64,000 bases of DNA from Octopus sinensis (GCF_006345805.1 NC_043005.1:71176001-71240000); one strand, 5' to 3'. Shown: positions 37,895 to 50,518, counted from the stretch's first letter. Numbers and translations: made by a program. Notes: generated by a model from the sequence alone, not told the origin.

Positions 37895-38925
37895 AGTAGT
37901 GATTAGGATAAGGGAGAGAAACTGTGTATAGTTGTGAAAGTCAGCTGTCCAGATGACGTTAACATAAAGCTGAAGATCAGCAAAAAGAGAATATCCATGC
38001 TAAACTATTGAGAAATATACAGCTACTCTACCCAGATTAAGTCCAGGTTTATACCTGTAATTATTGGGGCACTGGGTTATGTAATACACTGCCTAAGTAC
38101 CAATCTTGAAAAATTAGGCTTCTCAAAACCAGAAAGGAGAAAGCTGATTCGAAGATTACAGATTCAAACCATCAATGGAACTGTAAAGATCTGTAAAACT
38201 TTTCAGAAGTTTATCAGTTAAATATATATGAACATGTCTAGATATGCAAGTATATGCATGGGAATACATACATAAAGCAAAATATATAAATCTGCACATA
38301 TACATACATACATGCATACATACATATATACATACATACATACATACATACATACATACATACATAAATTGTAGCTAGGATACTCCATAATGAAATCTGT
38401 AAGAAAGATAATCCCAGAGTGAAAGAAAAATCCGCAATATGGTAGAAGCTATAGCCACTCATAATAAAAAGGAATACTGGGAGAGACCTCAATAAAATGT
38501 ATACCAGTGACAACCTCAATAAAATGAAAGCACAACAGATCTGATATAAGGATTTGGCATAGAGAAGAGAAACTGTGCATAGTTGTGGGAATTTGCTTCC
38601 CAGTGGATGTTAACATAAAGCTGAAGATCAGTGAAAAATGGAATACCTATGCTGAACTATTGAGAAATCTGCTGTTACATACATACATACATACATACAT
38701 ACATGCATGCATGCATGCATACATACATACATACATACATACATACATACATACATACATACATACATACATACATACATACATACATGCATACATACAT
38801 GCATACAAAAAGACCCTGCCATTTATGTTGAAATTCCAATGAAGGATCCTTGTATCTAGGTAGGTTAGAGACCAGTTCTTTCTTTATTGGCAAGAAATCT
38901 TGAAATAAAACTGAATAATGACATG
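37895..38925 (+). mobile_element. Cluster of RLE-type LINE 3' fragments separated by (ACAT)n
   Basis: KHNRSDIRIW...LCIVVxxxxPxDVNIKLKISxK (PD..D..K-type nuclease region) and FIPVIIGALG...GTVKICKTFQKF*. Each piece is bounded by (CATA)n. Confidence 0.75.
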
Positions 38926-39347
38926 CATACATGCATGCATACACACACATGCATACATACATACATACATACATACGTATATACATACATACATACATAC
39001 GTATATACATACATACATATATACATACCTACATACATACATACATACATACATACCTACATACATACATACATACATAAATATGTACATGCATACATGC
39101 ATACATACATATACATACATACATACATACATAGATTTTGATGAGGATTTATTAATCTATTGATTAGGCATGATGAAAATTTAATTCATTTAATTTATTT
39201 GATTATTTTACTAATGAATTCTTTCAGTTAATATATCATTTATAACAAATATATAATTATGCTTCTGATTCAGAGTATTATGATTTCATAATTAATATAC
39301 ATATATACATACACACACACACACACATATATATATATATGTATGTA

Positions 39348-39394
<47 letters not shown>

Positions 39395-39421
39395 GTGTGT
39401 ATATGTATATATATCTATATA

Positions 39422-39452
<31 letters not shown>

Positions 39453-39727
39453 CATCATCATCATCATCATCATCATATATATATATATATATACATACAC
39501 ATATGCATATATATACTGGTTTGACTCCATATTGTACTTTTACATATAAATCCCATTTACATTTGTTCCTTGCACAAACTGTGTCAGTTTGTATTGAACA
39601 CCAATCAAATCAGGGAACTACCTATCTGTACCTGAACTGTATATAGGTCTGTATTTGCATGAACCAATCAAATTTAATCTCAACCTGAGCTGCCACGATG
39701 TTTTGTAATTTTCTTCTATTTCTAGTT

Positions 39728-40155
39728 ACAGGCATGGCTGTGTGGTAAGAAGTTTACTTCCTAAAACCATGGCTCCAGGTTCAGTCCCACTGTGTTACAT
39801 CTTGGGTGAGTGTCCTCTACTGTAGTCCTGGACTGGTAGATCTACCAGTTTCCATCTACCAGCCTCAGGCTGACCAAAGCCTTGTGAATGGATTCGGTAG
39901 ATGGAAACTGAATGAAGCCTTCATATGTACATGTGCATGTGTGTGTATGCATGTTTGTCCCCTCTCTCACCACATGACAACCTGTGTTGGTTTGTTTATG
40001 TCCCTGTAATTTAGCGCAGTTTGGCAAAAAGAGACTGATGGAATAAGTACACGGCTTAAAGAAATAAGTCTTGCGGGTAATTCATTAAACTAAAATTCCT
40101 CCAGGGCAGTGCCCCAGCATGGCCACAGTCTAATGACTGAAAACAAGTAAAGAAT
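39728..40155 (+). mobile_element. SINE family A (diverged)
   Basis: Head ggcatggctgtgtggtaag and tail gccccagcatggccacagtctaatgactg. Confidence 0.85.
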
Positions 40156-40796
40156 ATATACGATAAAAGATTCATTTGTTACTATTGTTACTATAGATGT
40201 TATGGGTGTTATTTAAATAAGTTATTTTTCTCTCACAGAAGAAGCTTTCAAAATATTCCTGACTTTTCGTATATTAATTTAATATTTCCTTCTCAAAGGC
40301 AGCAAGTTACCACAATCGTTACCATACCGGGCGTTTGTTCATCTTTCTGTTCTGAGTTAGAATACTGCCAAGGTCGACTTTGCCTTTTATCCTTTAGGGG
40401 AGTCAATGAAATAAGTACCAGTTCAGTACTGGGGTCAATGTGATCAACTTACCCCTCTTCCCATCCCCGAACTTGCTGGCCTTGTACCAAAATTTGAAAC
40501 CAATATTTATTCTTTTCTTTTACTTGTTTCAGTCACCACCCATTTTGGCCAACAAAATGCATACATATTACATGGTCTTAAACTAATTTTCCCTGTAAAT
40601 TTGAAAAGTTTATATTAATTAGAATTCTTCAAGTTCCATAAAAAATATTTATTGTCTGCATCATTCGAAAGAGAAATAAATTTTGCATAAGGTGTAAAAG
40701 ATAAAAATAATTTCTATGGTGTTAGTAACAAAATATTTTGTCAGAAATAGAACTTTTATCGGCTATCTTAAATATATTTTCGCCAGTGTATATATC

Positions 40797-41792
40797 TCAG
40801 GTAATCCCATAAGTTCTGTCCGAATTTTGGATAAAGAATACAAGTGATCAAATGTTGTATTTAATTGAAAGTTAATCATCAATGTACTTTCCCTGATTAT
40901 CTATGACTTACTTCAATCTATTTACAAGCTTTTCAATTCCATCAATGTAAAACTCTTGGTTTCAAAGTGAAGAACTCTGAAATGTCAGGTTCGACCTCCT
41001 CCTGGCTTGCGAAAGTTGTGTTCCCCTAATAATTCTGTAAACTATGAAACAAATGGTAGTCTGAAGGAGCAAGATCAGGAGAACAAGGTGGATGAAGAAA
41101 TTTTTCCCAATCGACCTCTTCGATCTTCTGTGATGTGATCTTTGCAGTGTAGGGTTGCGCATTGTCCTGATGAAACATCACTCATTTTCGACTCACTAAA
41201 GCGGCTCTTTTTTCCTTCAAACCTTGGTTCAAATGCTCTAATTGCTGACAGTAGACTTGAGCATTGATTGTTGCTTTAGGTGGTAACAATATAAAGTGAA
41301 TTACTCCTTTGCAATCGCACCAGATAGAGAGAAGAACCTTTTTCCCATGAAGTTCCCTTCTCGGTTGTGGTTGAGCATTTTCTTTTTTACCAAGCCACTG
41401 TTTACGACATTTAACATTTCAATAGAAAATCTATTTTTCGTCACAAGTCTATCGAAAAAGGGTGAACTGAGTTTGCTAGAATGGAGAGAAGAGCAGATTT
41501 GGGGTTGCTTTCGGACAATACATAAGGCTCCTATTTTCCAAGTTTAGGAATATTTCCACGTTGTTAAAGATGACGATGAACTGTTGTATGGTTTGAACTA
41601 AGCTTTATTGCCAATTCTTCAACTGATAATGACGGATTTTCTTCAAGTAATGCCTCAAGGAGCTTATCATCAAACTCAACTGGACGTCCTGTTCGATGTT
41701 CATCTTCAATTTTACAAACGATCTCCAGCGAGTTCTTTCATTCGAGCAATTTCCATAAACTGAGTATATGTTTCGAGTCACTTTGACTGCAT
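40797..41792 (-). pseudogene. Decayed mariner (DD34D) transposase
   Basis: Minus strand: SGRPVEFDDKLL, FDRLVT...CRKQWL, VMFHQDNAQPYTAKIT, FYIDGIEKLVNRL. Multiple stops. Confidence 0.85.
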
Positions 41793-42179
41793 TCTAAAAA
41801 AATAAGCAATCACATCATTGAAATCTCAAAGCTATGAATTAATGCATGATTAGTTCCAAACAATATGACTAAATAAACATTACAGTTGACAGGATAATCT
41901 GAATGCTACAGGGTTATTTATGGTATAACCTGAAGAGTTGGGAGATTCTATGTATTCTTATGAATATTGCACATCTACACATGCCTACTTAAATGATGTT
42001 ACATCAGAATAAAATTTTGTAATGAAACAATTGTAGGTATATCATAAAATCCATTCATCTAGTCAATAATACATACATATATATGTGTGTGCATGTGTAT
42101 GTGTGTGTGTGCGCATGTGTGGGTGTGTTTGTATGTATGTATGTCATACTCGATAATGAGGGGGCAGTCATAATAATAA

Positions 42180-42226
<47 letters not shown>

Positions 42227-43259
42227 GTATGTATTTAATAATCAAAGATAAATTCTTTATAAGATTTTATCGAATAGCCAGCATGTAATGAACCATATAG
42301 GCAATAATTAATATAAGTATATATAATTACATAAATATATTTATATTTATAAGGGCTCTATTGAATACCACCACATGCTAGAAATTAATGCCAAATGGCT
42401 CTAAGAACTACAGTTACTGCTCCATTAGCATGGATTGAAAGCAAGGAAAGTAAATAAATAAGATTTCTTAAAAGAGGATTAACTATAGAAATCTTATCTA
42501 CCATAAAAACCCATGTAATTTACACACTTTTTGCGCAAAAATCTAAATAAACTTTAGTTAGTGTGTAAATTACATGAGTAGCTCATTTCCACAGATTTTT
42601 AGAATTTTTTTTTGTTGCAAAATGATGTACAAATCTAAACATTCATACCAGAAGTTGACTTATTTAATTTCAGAATAGGTTTTTTACAGAAAAAATATAA
42701 AATTTAATGGCGGTGCCCCAGCATGGCCACAGCTCATGAGCTGAAACTGGAAAAATCAAAATCAAATGAAGTTGACTTTTATTTATGCTGGACAGTATAA
42801 TGCTTACTTTTTCTGTATAAATTTACTAAAGCTATTAAATGTTTATCTACTTTCTGAAGTTTGATGTTCACGCTAGTAATCACGGTCTGGGCCATATTTT
42901 ACATTGCTTGGAGTTTCTACCTATCAAAATGGAACCCAGCAATTTCCTTAAATAGATCAGTTTTTCTCTGCTTAGGGAGTCTAGCTTGCGTTTGCACCCA
43001 GAAGCTATTTACTCCCTTTCTCCATGTTACGACATAATGAAATTCCTCATTGCTGATATCACGACTATCAGCTCTTACTGCATCTAATGCCGACAATGAC
43101 AACATCATAATTCATCATTGCACATGTAAACTCACTAAGTAAATATGACTTAGTGTTCCTACAGAAACCTTCATTTACCTTATATAATGTTTAATGTCAT
43201 TTCATTCATATTGAATTATGCAGCAATCTTATGCTCTCTTCACAGAACACTTGTAATGT

Positions 43260-43515
43260 GTGTCTGTCCTTGTTTGTCTCCTCTATATTTAGCCCCTTGT
43301 GGGCAATAAAGAAATAAGAAACGTTGGCACACTGAGCAAAATGCTTAGCAGTATTTCGTCTGTCTTTATGTTCTGAGTTCAAATTCTGCTGAGGTTGACT
43401 TTTGCCTTTCATCCTTTCAGTGTCGATAAATTAAGTACCATTTCCGTACTGCAATCAATCTAATCAGCTGGTCCCCTTCCCCAAAATTTCAGACCTTGTG
43501 CCTAGAGTAGAGAAT
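43260..43515 (+). mobile_element. SINE family B composite
   Basis: Tail-1 (gtctgtccttgtttgtc...aaagaaataag) is fused to a family B body and tail-2. Confidence 0.85.
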
Positions 43516-43699
43516 ATATTCCACGCAGTTTGCCATTTGAATAGTGATGACATTTGTTGTTGCAAGTGTTTAGCACAGATCCATCTGCAAGTAAGAAAAC
43601 TTATGATTAAACATGTTCCAAATATAAACATTTTTTCTTTTTTTGTAGGGCTAGTATCCAATGTATTCTTTCTCTTTTAAAATAAAGTATCCATGCCAG

Positions 43700-43950
43700 T
43701 GCAATGTTGAAAGCACCTGTGCTGGTGCCTGGTAAAAAAGAACACCCAATACACTTTGTAAAGTGTTTCGCATCAGGAAGGGCATCCAACTTTAGAAACC
43801 AGACCAAAACACATGACTGGAATCTGATGCAGCTCCCCATCTTACCAGCTCCTGTCAAAACATCCGACCCATACAAGAAAGATAAATGGACATTAAATGA
43901 TGATGATAATGATGATGACGATGACGATGATGATGATGATGATGATTTGA
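43700..43950 (+). mobile_element. Old RTE 3'-tail fragment
   Basis: gcatcaggaagggcatccaac...ggacattaaatgatgat. Confidence 0.7.
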
Positions 43951-44534
43951 TGGTTATTTAACTGCTAAGTATTTTACGTACCAGTTTGTGCTTGAGGGCT
44001 TCTGGTATCTTAAAATATTTCAATAGAATTCGGTTAATTCGGTAATTCAGAATTCAGTAAAATATTCACATGAGCTCCATTGATGTCCTACTAGACTTCA
44101 AGGTAGCAGATCACCTATGGTTAAAAGAATTCAACACATGACCATCCCATTTTATTATTCACAGTTTAAATTAGACAAAAGTACCCAATATCCCCACTTT
44201 TTTGTAACTGTATGGGAAAAAATCTGACTGCTATTTCTAGCAAGTGGAATGATTGTCTATAGCCCAGAGCTTCCTTGACTTATCCTGATACGGAGCAGAT
44301 GTTTTCATGGTAGGAATTATATTGATTCTCCCTTTTGATGACAGAATAAAATGAGTTGGTGAATGATACACACTTTTAATTAATTAAACCTTGCTAATTG
44401 CTAGGAAAATAGTCCAATCAACCATTTATGTCCATTTCAGTTCTATATTTAAGAGATGAGGAATTATGTACATTAATTACATTATTTACATTATTTACAT
44501 TTGATGGATATTTGTCCTCATCTTGTTTGTTGTT

Positions 44535-44580
44535 AACACAATAGTTCGGCTGATATACACTCCAGCCTTCATCAGGTGTC
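44535..44580 (-). ncRNA. Degenerate minimal type I hammerhead ribozyme
   Basis: GACAC-CTGATGA-A-GGCTG-loop-CAGCC-GAAC-TATT-GTGTT. Confidence 0.55.
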
Positions 44581-44630
44581 TTGGGGAAAGTTTAAACTTG
44601 GGTTCTCACTCCTAAGGTATTTTTTGATGT

Positions 44631-44663
<33 letters not shown>

Positions 44664-44846
44664 TCAGGTCACTGTCTGGAATTGAACATGGGCAGATAGC
44701 ATAGTGGTTAAGAGCACAGGTAACTAACCCCAAGATTCTGATTTCAATTCCAAGCAGTGACCTGGAATAATAATAATAATAATAATAATGATAACACCAT
44801 TGAAAAATACCTTAGGAATGAGAACCCAGGTTTGAAATTTACCCAA

Positions 44847-44892
44847 GACTCCTGATGAAAGCTGGAGTGTATATCAACCGAAAAGTTGTCTT
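44847..44892 (+). ncRNA. Degenerate minimal type I hammerhead ribozyme
   Basis: GACTC-CTGATGA-A-AGCTG-loop-CAACC-GAAA-AGTT-GTCTT. Confidence 0.5.
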
Positions 44893-44915
44893 AACAAATA
44901 TTTGTCAAATGTAAA

Positions 44916-46500
44916 TCATCATCATCATTTAACGTCCGCTTTCCATGCTAGCATGGGTTGGACGGTTCAACTGGGGTCTGGGGAGCCCGAAAGCTGCACC
45001 AGTCCAGTCAGATCTGGCAGTGTTTCTACAGCTGGATGCCCTTCCTAACGCCAACCACTCCGAGAGTGTAGTGGGTGATTTATGTGCCACCGACACAGGT
45101 GCCAGACGAGGCTGGCAAACGGCCACGCTCGATGGTGTTTTTTATGTGCCACCGACACAGGTGCCAGACGAGGCTGGCAGACGGCCACGCTCGGATGGTG
45201 TTTTTTATGTGCCACCGACACACAGGTGCCAGACGAGGCTGGCAGACGGCCACGCTCGGATGGTGTTTTTATGTGCCACCGACACAGTGCCAGACGAGGC
45301 TGGCACGGCCACGCCGGATGGTGTTTTTATGTGCCACCGACACAGGTGCCAGATGAGGCTGGCAAACGGCCACGATCGGATGTGCTTGTTACGTGCCCAC
45401 AGCACGGAGGCCAGTCGATGCAGTACTGGCTACGGCCACGTTCGGATGGTTTTCTTATGTGCCACGGCCACCGGCACTGGTACCACAAAGATACAAATTC
45501 CATTGATGTCATCTATTTTGATTTGTTTTGATTTTCACTTGCCTCAACAGGTCTTCACAAGTGTCACAAGAAGGAAGGTATGCACAGGTGGACTGACTAC
45601 GTCCCAGGTAGGGGCCATGGGTTATGGCCTGACTAGTCTTGCCGGGTCTTCGGATGGTGTTTTTATGTGCCACCGACACACAGGTGCTAGATGAGGCTGG
45701 CGAACGGCCACGATCGGATGGTGTTTGTCATGTGCCCACCGCACTGACTATGGCACTGATGGATTTCTTGTGTGCCACAGGCACTGGTACCACAAGATAC
45801 AAATTCCATTGATGTTCATCTATTTTGTCTATTTTGATTTGATTTGATTTTCACTTGCCTCAACCGGTCTTCACAAGTGTCACAAGAAGGAAGGTATGCA
45901 CAGGTGGACTGACTAGTCTTGCCGGGTCTTCGGAAGGTGTTTTTTATGTGCCACCGACACAGGTGCCAGATGAGGCTGGCGAACGGCCATGATCGGATGG
46001 TGTTTGTTACGTGCCCACAGCACGGAGGCCGGTCGATGCGGAACTGGCTATGGCCACGTTCGGATGGTTCTCTTGTGTGCCACCGGCACTGGTACCACAA
46101 GTGTGTGCCACCGGCACTGGTACCACAAAGATACAGATTCCATTGATGTTCATCTATTTTGATTTGTTTTGATTTGATTTTCACTTGCCTCAACAGGTCT
46201 TCACAAGTGTCACAAGAAGGAAGGTATGCACAGGTGGACTGACTACGTCCCAGGTAGGGGCCATGGGTTATGCCTGACTAGTCTTGCCGGGTCTTCGGAT
46301 GGTGTTTTTATGTGCCACCGACACAGGTGCTAGATGAGGCTGGCGAACGGCCACGATCGGATGGTGTTTGTCATGTGCCCACAGCACGGAGGCCAGTCGA
46401 TGCGGTACTGGCTACGGCCACTTTCGGATGGTTTTCTCTTGTGTGCCACCGGCACTGGTACCACAAAGATACAAGTGCCGGTGGCACACAAGAGAAAACC
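44916..46500 (-). mobile_element. Concatemeric RTE 3'-UTR-only insertion
   Basis: The (CAT)n tail and terminus are near-identical to 26985-27143. Four serial UTR segments, a repeated junction gccgggtcttcgga at ~45641, 45921 and 46286, and a short terminal inversion at 46475-46500. Confidence 0.9.
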
Positions 46501-47199
46501 TATTATAAATGTAATAATATTGAATATGTCTTAATGAAACAATGGCAGTGTACAAAATGATTTGAAAGAGATTATTTGTATGCAATAAAGATACATGTAC
46601 TGAGGTATAAGTGTATGTTATACATATGAGATTGAAATCATATGTAATTAAGTTCAGGTATCATCACATATATATTTATACACATGTATCACTACATACA
46701 TCAACACATACCATGAACACACACACAAACAAGTAAACACACACACTGCTCATTTCACCACATTACACACACATTTTAATGTAAATAATTTATGTCCATG
46801 TTTAAAAATTTCTGAAAAGTTTTCTCTTCTCTGTATTAAACAATTCTGTTTATTGGCTATAACATCTTGATATGTTAATCTTCTCAGCAAAAATGACATT
46901 AAGAAAATTATCCTCTTTATCAATATATCCATCCATGGCAGCAAAAATTTATATTCACATTAAGAGTTTAGCATTTCTTATGCTGCTTCCATAGGAGTTG
47001 AAATTTGTACATTTAACGATTCAATCATTTGTCAACCCTTCTCTTTGCATGTGAAGTTTGATTGTGCAAGAATTCAGTTAAATGCCTCCCAAATGACTGC
47101 TATCTTATTATCAGAACTACAAGTACCACTGGTTCCTTTCTAACATTCCTTTGAAATATCTCAACACATTTGCAGAAGAGATCTGTTGAAATATATGTA

Positions 47200-47424
47200 A
47201 ACAGAGGACTGGTGCCAAAAAGTTCTTGACTTTGGGTAAAAAGAAAATACAGGAGGATCAGTTAATTATGATTTTATTCAACATATTCCCCTTTCAGAAT
47301 CACACGCTTACCAAAGTGGCACTTCTGTTTTTCTAAGCTCTGTAAAAGAACTCAGTAGGTGGGATCCTCAACCAGACTTTTTGTGATACCCTTAAAGCTA
47401 AGAATTTTTCATTATCCCTTCATA
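47200..47424. mobile_element. Mariner-type MITE
   Basis: Imperfect TIRs ggtgccaaaaagttcttgacttt / aaagctaagaatttttcattatcc. Confidence 0.55.
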
Positions 47425-47459
47425 AGTGTTTAACAGTTTGTTTAATATCAGCAGCCTGA

Positions 47460-47677
47460 TAAGGCAGCAAGCTGGCAGAAATGTTAGCATGCCGGGCGAA
47501 ATAATTAGAAATATTTCGTCTGTCTTTATGTTCTGAGTTCAAATTCCGCCGAGGTCGACTTTGCCTTTAATCCTTTCTGGGTAGATAAATTAAGTACTGG
47601 TTGCATACAGGGGTTGATCTAATCAACTGGCCCCCTCCTCCAAAATTTCAGGTTTTGTGCCTAGAGTAGAAAAGAAT
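47460..47677 (+). mobile_element. SINE family B
   Basis: aaggcagcaagctggcagaa...gtcgactttgcctttaatcc...gtgcctagagtagaaaagaat. Confidence 0.9.
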
Positions 47678-47724
47678 ATCAGCAGCCTCATACAGTTTCA
47701 AGGTATGGTATAATATATATAAGT

Positions 47725-47965
47725 CAGTGACCTGACTAATAATAATAATAAGAAGAAGAACAACAACAACAACAACAACGACAATAACATCGAAAAATAC
47801 CTTAGGAATGAGAACCCAGGTTCGAAATTTCCCCAAGACACCTGATGAAGGCTGGAGGGTATATCAGCCAAAACATTGTGTTAACAACAAACAAGATGAG
47901 GACAAGTATCCGTCAAATGTAAATAATGTAGAATAATTCCTCATCTCTTGAATATAGAACTGAAA
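47725..47965 (+). mobile_element. Hammerhead SINE family H1, 5'-truncated copy
   Basis: cagtgacctga-(AAT/AAC)n-...gacacCTGATGAaggctggagggtatatcagccAAAAcattgtgtt (47837-47882)...atatagaactgaaa. Confidence 0.8.
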
Positions 47966-48229
47966 TATATAAGGCAAATTTAACTATTTTTCTATAGATG
48001 GGAAAGATTATGAATAACTTTAATTGAATTTCAAAACTTGTGAGTTCTCATCAGAGATGTCTACATCACTCGAGAAATCATAGAGAAACAATTAGCCAAT
48101 TTGTTTCTATACTCAGCAAATCTAGTCACTTCGGTGAGCTAGTGCTACTAATTTGTATATCATTAGTGTTTAATTATTGAATGTCAGCAGCTTCTCAATG
48201 AGGATTTTAGTCTACACACTATCAAAGTA

Positions 48230-48795
48230 TTGGGTTGTCCGGAAAGTTGTGCTGATTTTTAAAGGAAAGAAAAAGGTCAAGAAATACTTGCCATTACATT
48301 TTTAATCAACCAAATATAAACCATTTTGTTGCACAATGCATCTCTATCTTTCCTTCAACTTGAAAATACCCTCTTCCCAGAATTGAGGTGGTTTTATAGC
48401 AAAGAATTCATCAAGGTATCTTTTTATGTCATCCAAGGAATTGAAATTTTTACCATTAAGACTATTCTGCAGAGACCTGAATAAGTGGAAATCCGAAGGA
48501 GCAATATCTGGTGAATATGGAGGGTGGGGTAACACATCCCAGCTGAGCTGCAGCAATTTTTGCCTGGTTCCCAAAGCATCAAGTGCTGAAAATGAACTTT
48601 CATACCTTCCATTTTTAAAGTGTTACAGAATTAACACAGGTTATAAGAACAGAAATCTTCTTCCACAAAAAGATAGCTTAATCTGTGCTCTAAATGGAGG
48701 TGTAGTCAAATCCTATTTTATGGACTCAACCATGATCTAAAATAAGTCGAAAGGTAAGCTACTATAAATCAGCACGAACTTTCTGGACAACCCAA
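48230..48795 (-). mobile_element. Internally deleted mariner element with both TIRs and TA target duplication
   Basis: TIRs ttgggttgtccggaaagt / actttctggacaacccaa flanked by TA. Residual ORF WDVLPHPPYSPDIAPSDFHLFRSLQN. Confidence 0.92.
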
Positions 48796-49024
48796 TATTA
48801 TGTAATAGATGTAACCTGTACAGTACAATTCTAACTATTTCTTCATAGACTGAAAAGCTTATGAACAGCCTTTACTAATCTTGGTACCTTATTGGGTTCA
48901 CATCAAAAGTGTCAACATTAAATTGACCTACCCCAGAGAAACAAGTTGCAGTTAATTTTGGATGTAATGAAGAATTCAGAAAAATTAATTTGTCATTGCT
49001 AATCTGGCATTTTTATTTTTGTTA

Positions 49025-50315
49025 TGGCAGTGAGCTGGTAGAATCATAAGAGCCTTGAGAAAATGCCTTGCAGTATTTATTCTGGTTCTTTACAACCTGA
49101 GTTTAAACACCACAGGTCATTTCTGCCTTTCATCCTTCTGGGGTCAATAAAACAAAGCACCACATACTGGAGACAATTATATTGATTAACTCCTGTACCT
49201 TATAAATTCTAGCTTTGTGACTAAACTAGAATATAAATTAGCATAAAATTCTGATGGAAGATCTTATTTTAGGTAATTTTAGTACAGAAAACTTGTATCA
49301 TAGAACCAGGGTTGGTCTCAAGTAGATTGGTATCAAAATGATTATTAATATACAAATTATTAAGGTGGCGAGCTGGCAGAACATATCATGCCAGGCAAAT
49401 GCTTAGCGGTATTTCGTCTGCCGCTACATTCTGAGTTCAAATTTTGGGGTCGATTACATAAGTACCAGTTACGCACTAGGGTTGATATAATCGACTTAAT
49501 CCATTTGTCTGTCCTTGTTTGTCCCCTCTGTGTTTAGCCCCTTGTGGGTAGTAAAGAAATAGGTATTTCATCTGTCATTATGTTCTGAGTTCAAACTCTC
49601 CCAAGGTCGACTTTGTCTTTCATTATTTTAGAGTCGATAAATTAAGTACCCGTTGCATACTGGGGTCGATCCAATCAAAATTTCAGGCCATGTGCCTAGT
49701 GTAGAATAGAATATATAATATTATAGTTAAGACAGCAAGCTGGCAGAATCATTAGCATGCCAGGCAAAATGCTTAACAGCATTTCGTCTATCTTTATGTT
49801 CTCTTTTACTCTTTTACTTGTTTCAGTCATTTGACTGCAGCCATGCTGGAGCACCACCTTTAGTCGAGCAAATCGACCCCAGGACTTATTCTTTGTAAGC
49901 CTAGTACTTATTCTATCGGTCTCTTTTGCTGAACTACTAAGTTACAGGGGCATAAACACACCAGCATCGGTTATCAAGCGTTGTTTGGGGGACAAACACA
50001 GAAACACAAACACATATATATATATACATCTATATGACAGGCTTCTTTCAGTTTCCATCTACCAAATCCACTCACAAGGCTTTGGTTGGTCTGAGGCTAT
50101 AGTAGAAGACACTTGCCCAAGGTGCCATGCAGTGGGACTGAACCCGGAACCATGTGGTTGGTAAGCAAGCTACTTACCACACAGCCACTTTCACTGAGTT
50201 TGACTTTGCTTGTCATCCTTTGAGGGTTGATTAAACAAGTACCATTTAAGTACTGGTGTTGATGTAATCAAATTATCCCTTCCTTAAAATTGCTGGCCTT
50301 GTGTATATTGAAACC
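49025..50315. mobile_element. SINE cluster: family B copies (including a dimer at 49362-49710) with a family A copy (49801-50188, minus) nested in a family B copy
   Basis: The family B head 49728-49800 resumes at 50189 after a reverse-oriented family A element. Confidence 0.85.
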
Positions 50316-50518
50316 AATATACAAATTATAGTTGTTAATATTGTTGTCACTGCTGCAATTTAGCCACCAGTCAATCAATCATGATTGAAAAGACTTGTGA
50401 TCAATATTGAGTGGCAACTTTTTATGAATCACAAAAGCAAAAATATTCTGTTGGAGATGCTTTGCAAAACATACACCTTTTCCATCTTGTACGACGATCA
50501 GGACTGATGTGATGCAAG

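Larger units (their letters stand above)
44435..44916. mobile_element. Head-to-head pair of tRNA-headed, hammerhead-tailed SINE-like elements (family H1)
   Basis: Right unit (+, from 44690): A-box TAGCATAGTGG, B-box-like TTTCAATTCC, (AAT)n, then CTGATGA...GAAA. The left unit (44435-44687) is its reverse complement, truncated at the B box. Confidence 0.8.

Noticed and set aside
41160-41180. CTGATGAAA hammerhead core
   Set aside because: It is the antisense of the mariner FHQDN codons, with no flanking stems.
45078-45390. CRISPR-like regular repeats
   Set aside because: The units are contiguous tandem copies without unique spacers. Eukaryotic context and no cas genes.
44945-45694. 249 aa repetitive ORF
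   Set aside because: Antisense translation of the RTE 3' UTR tandem units.
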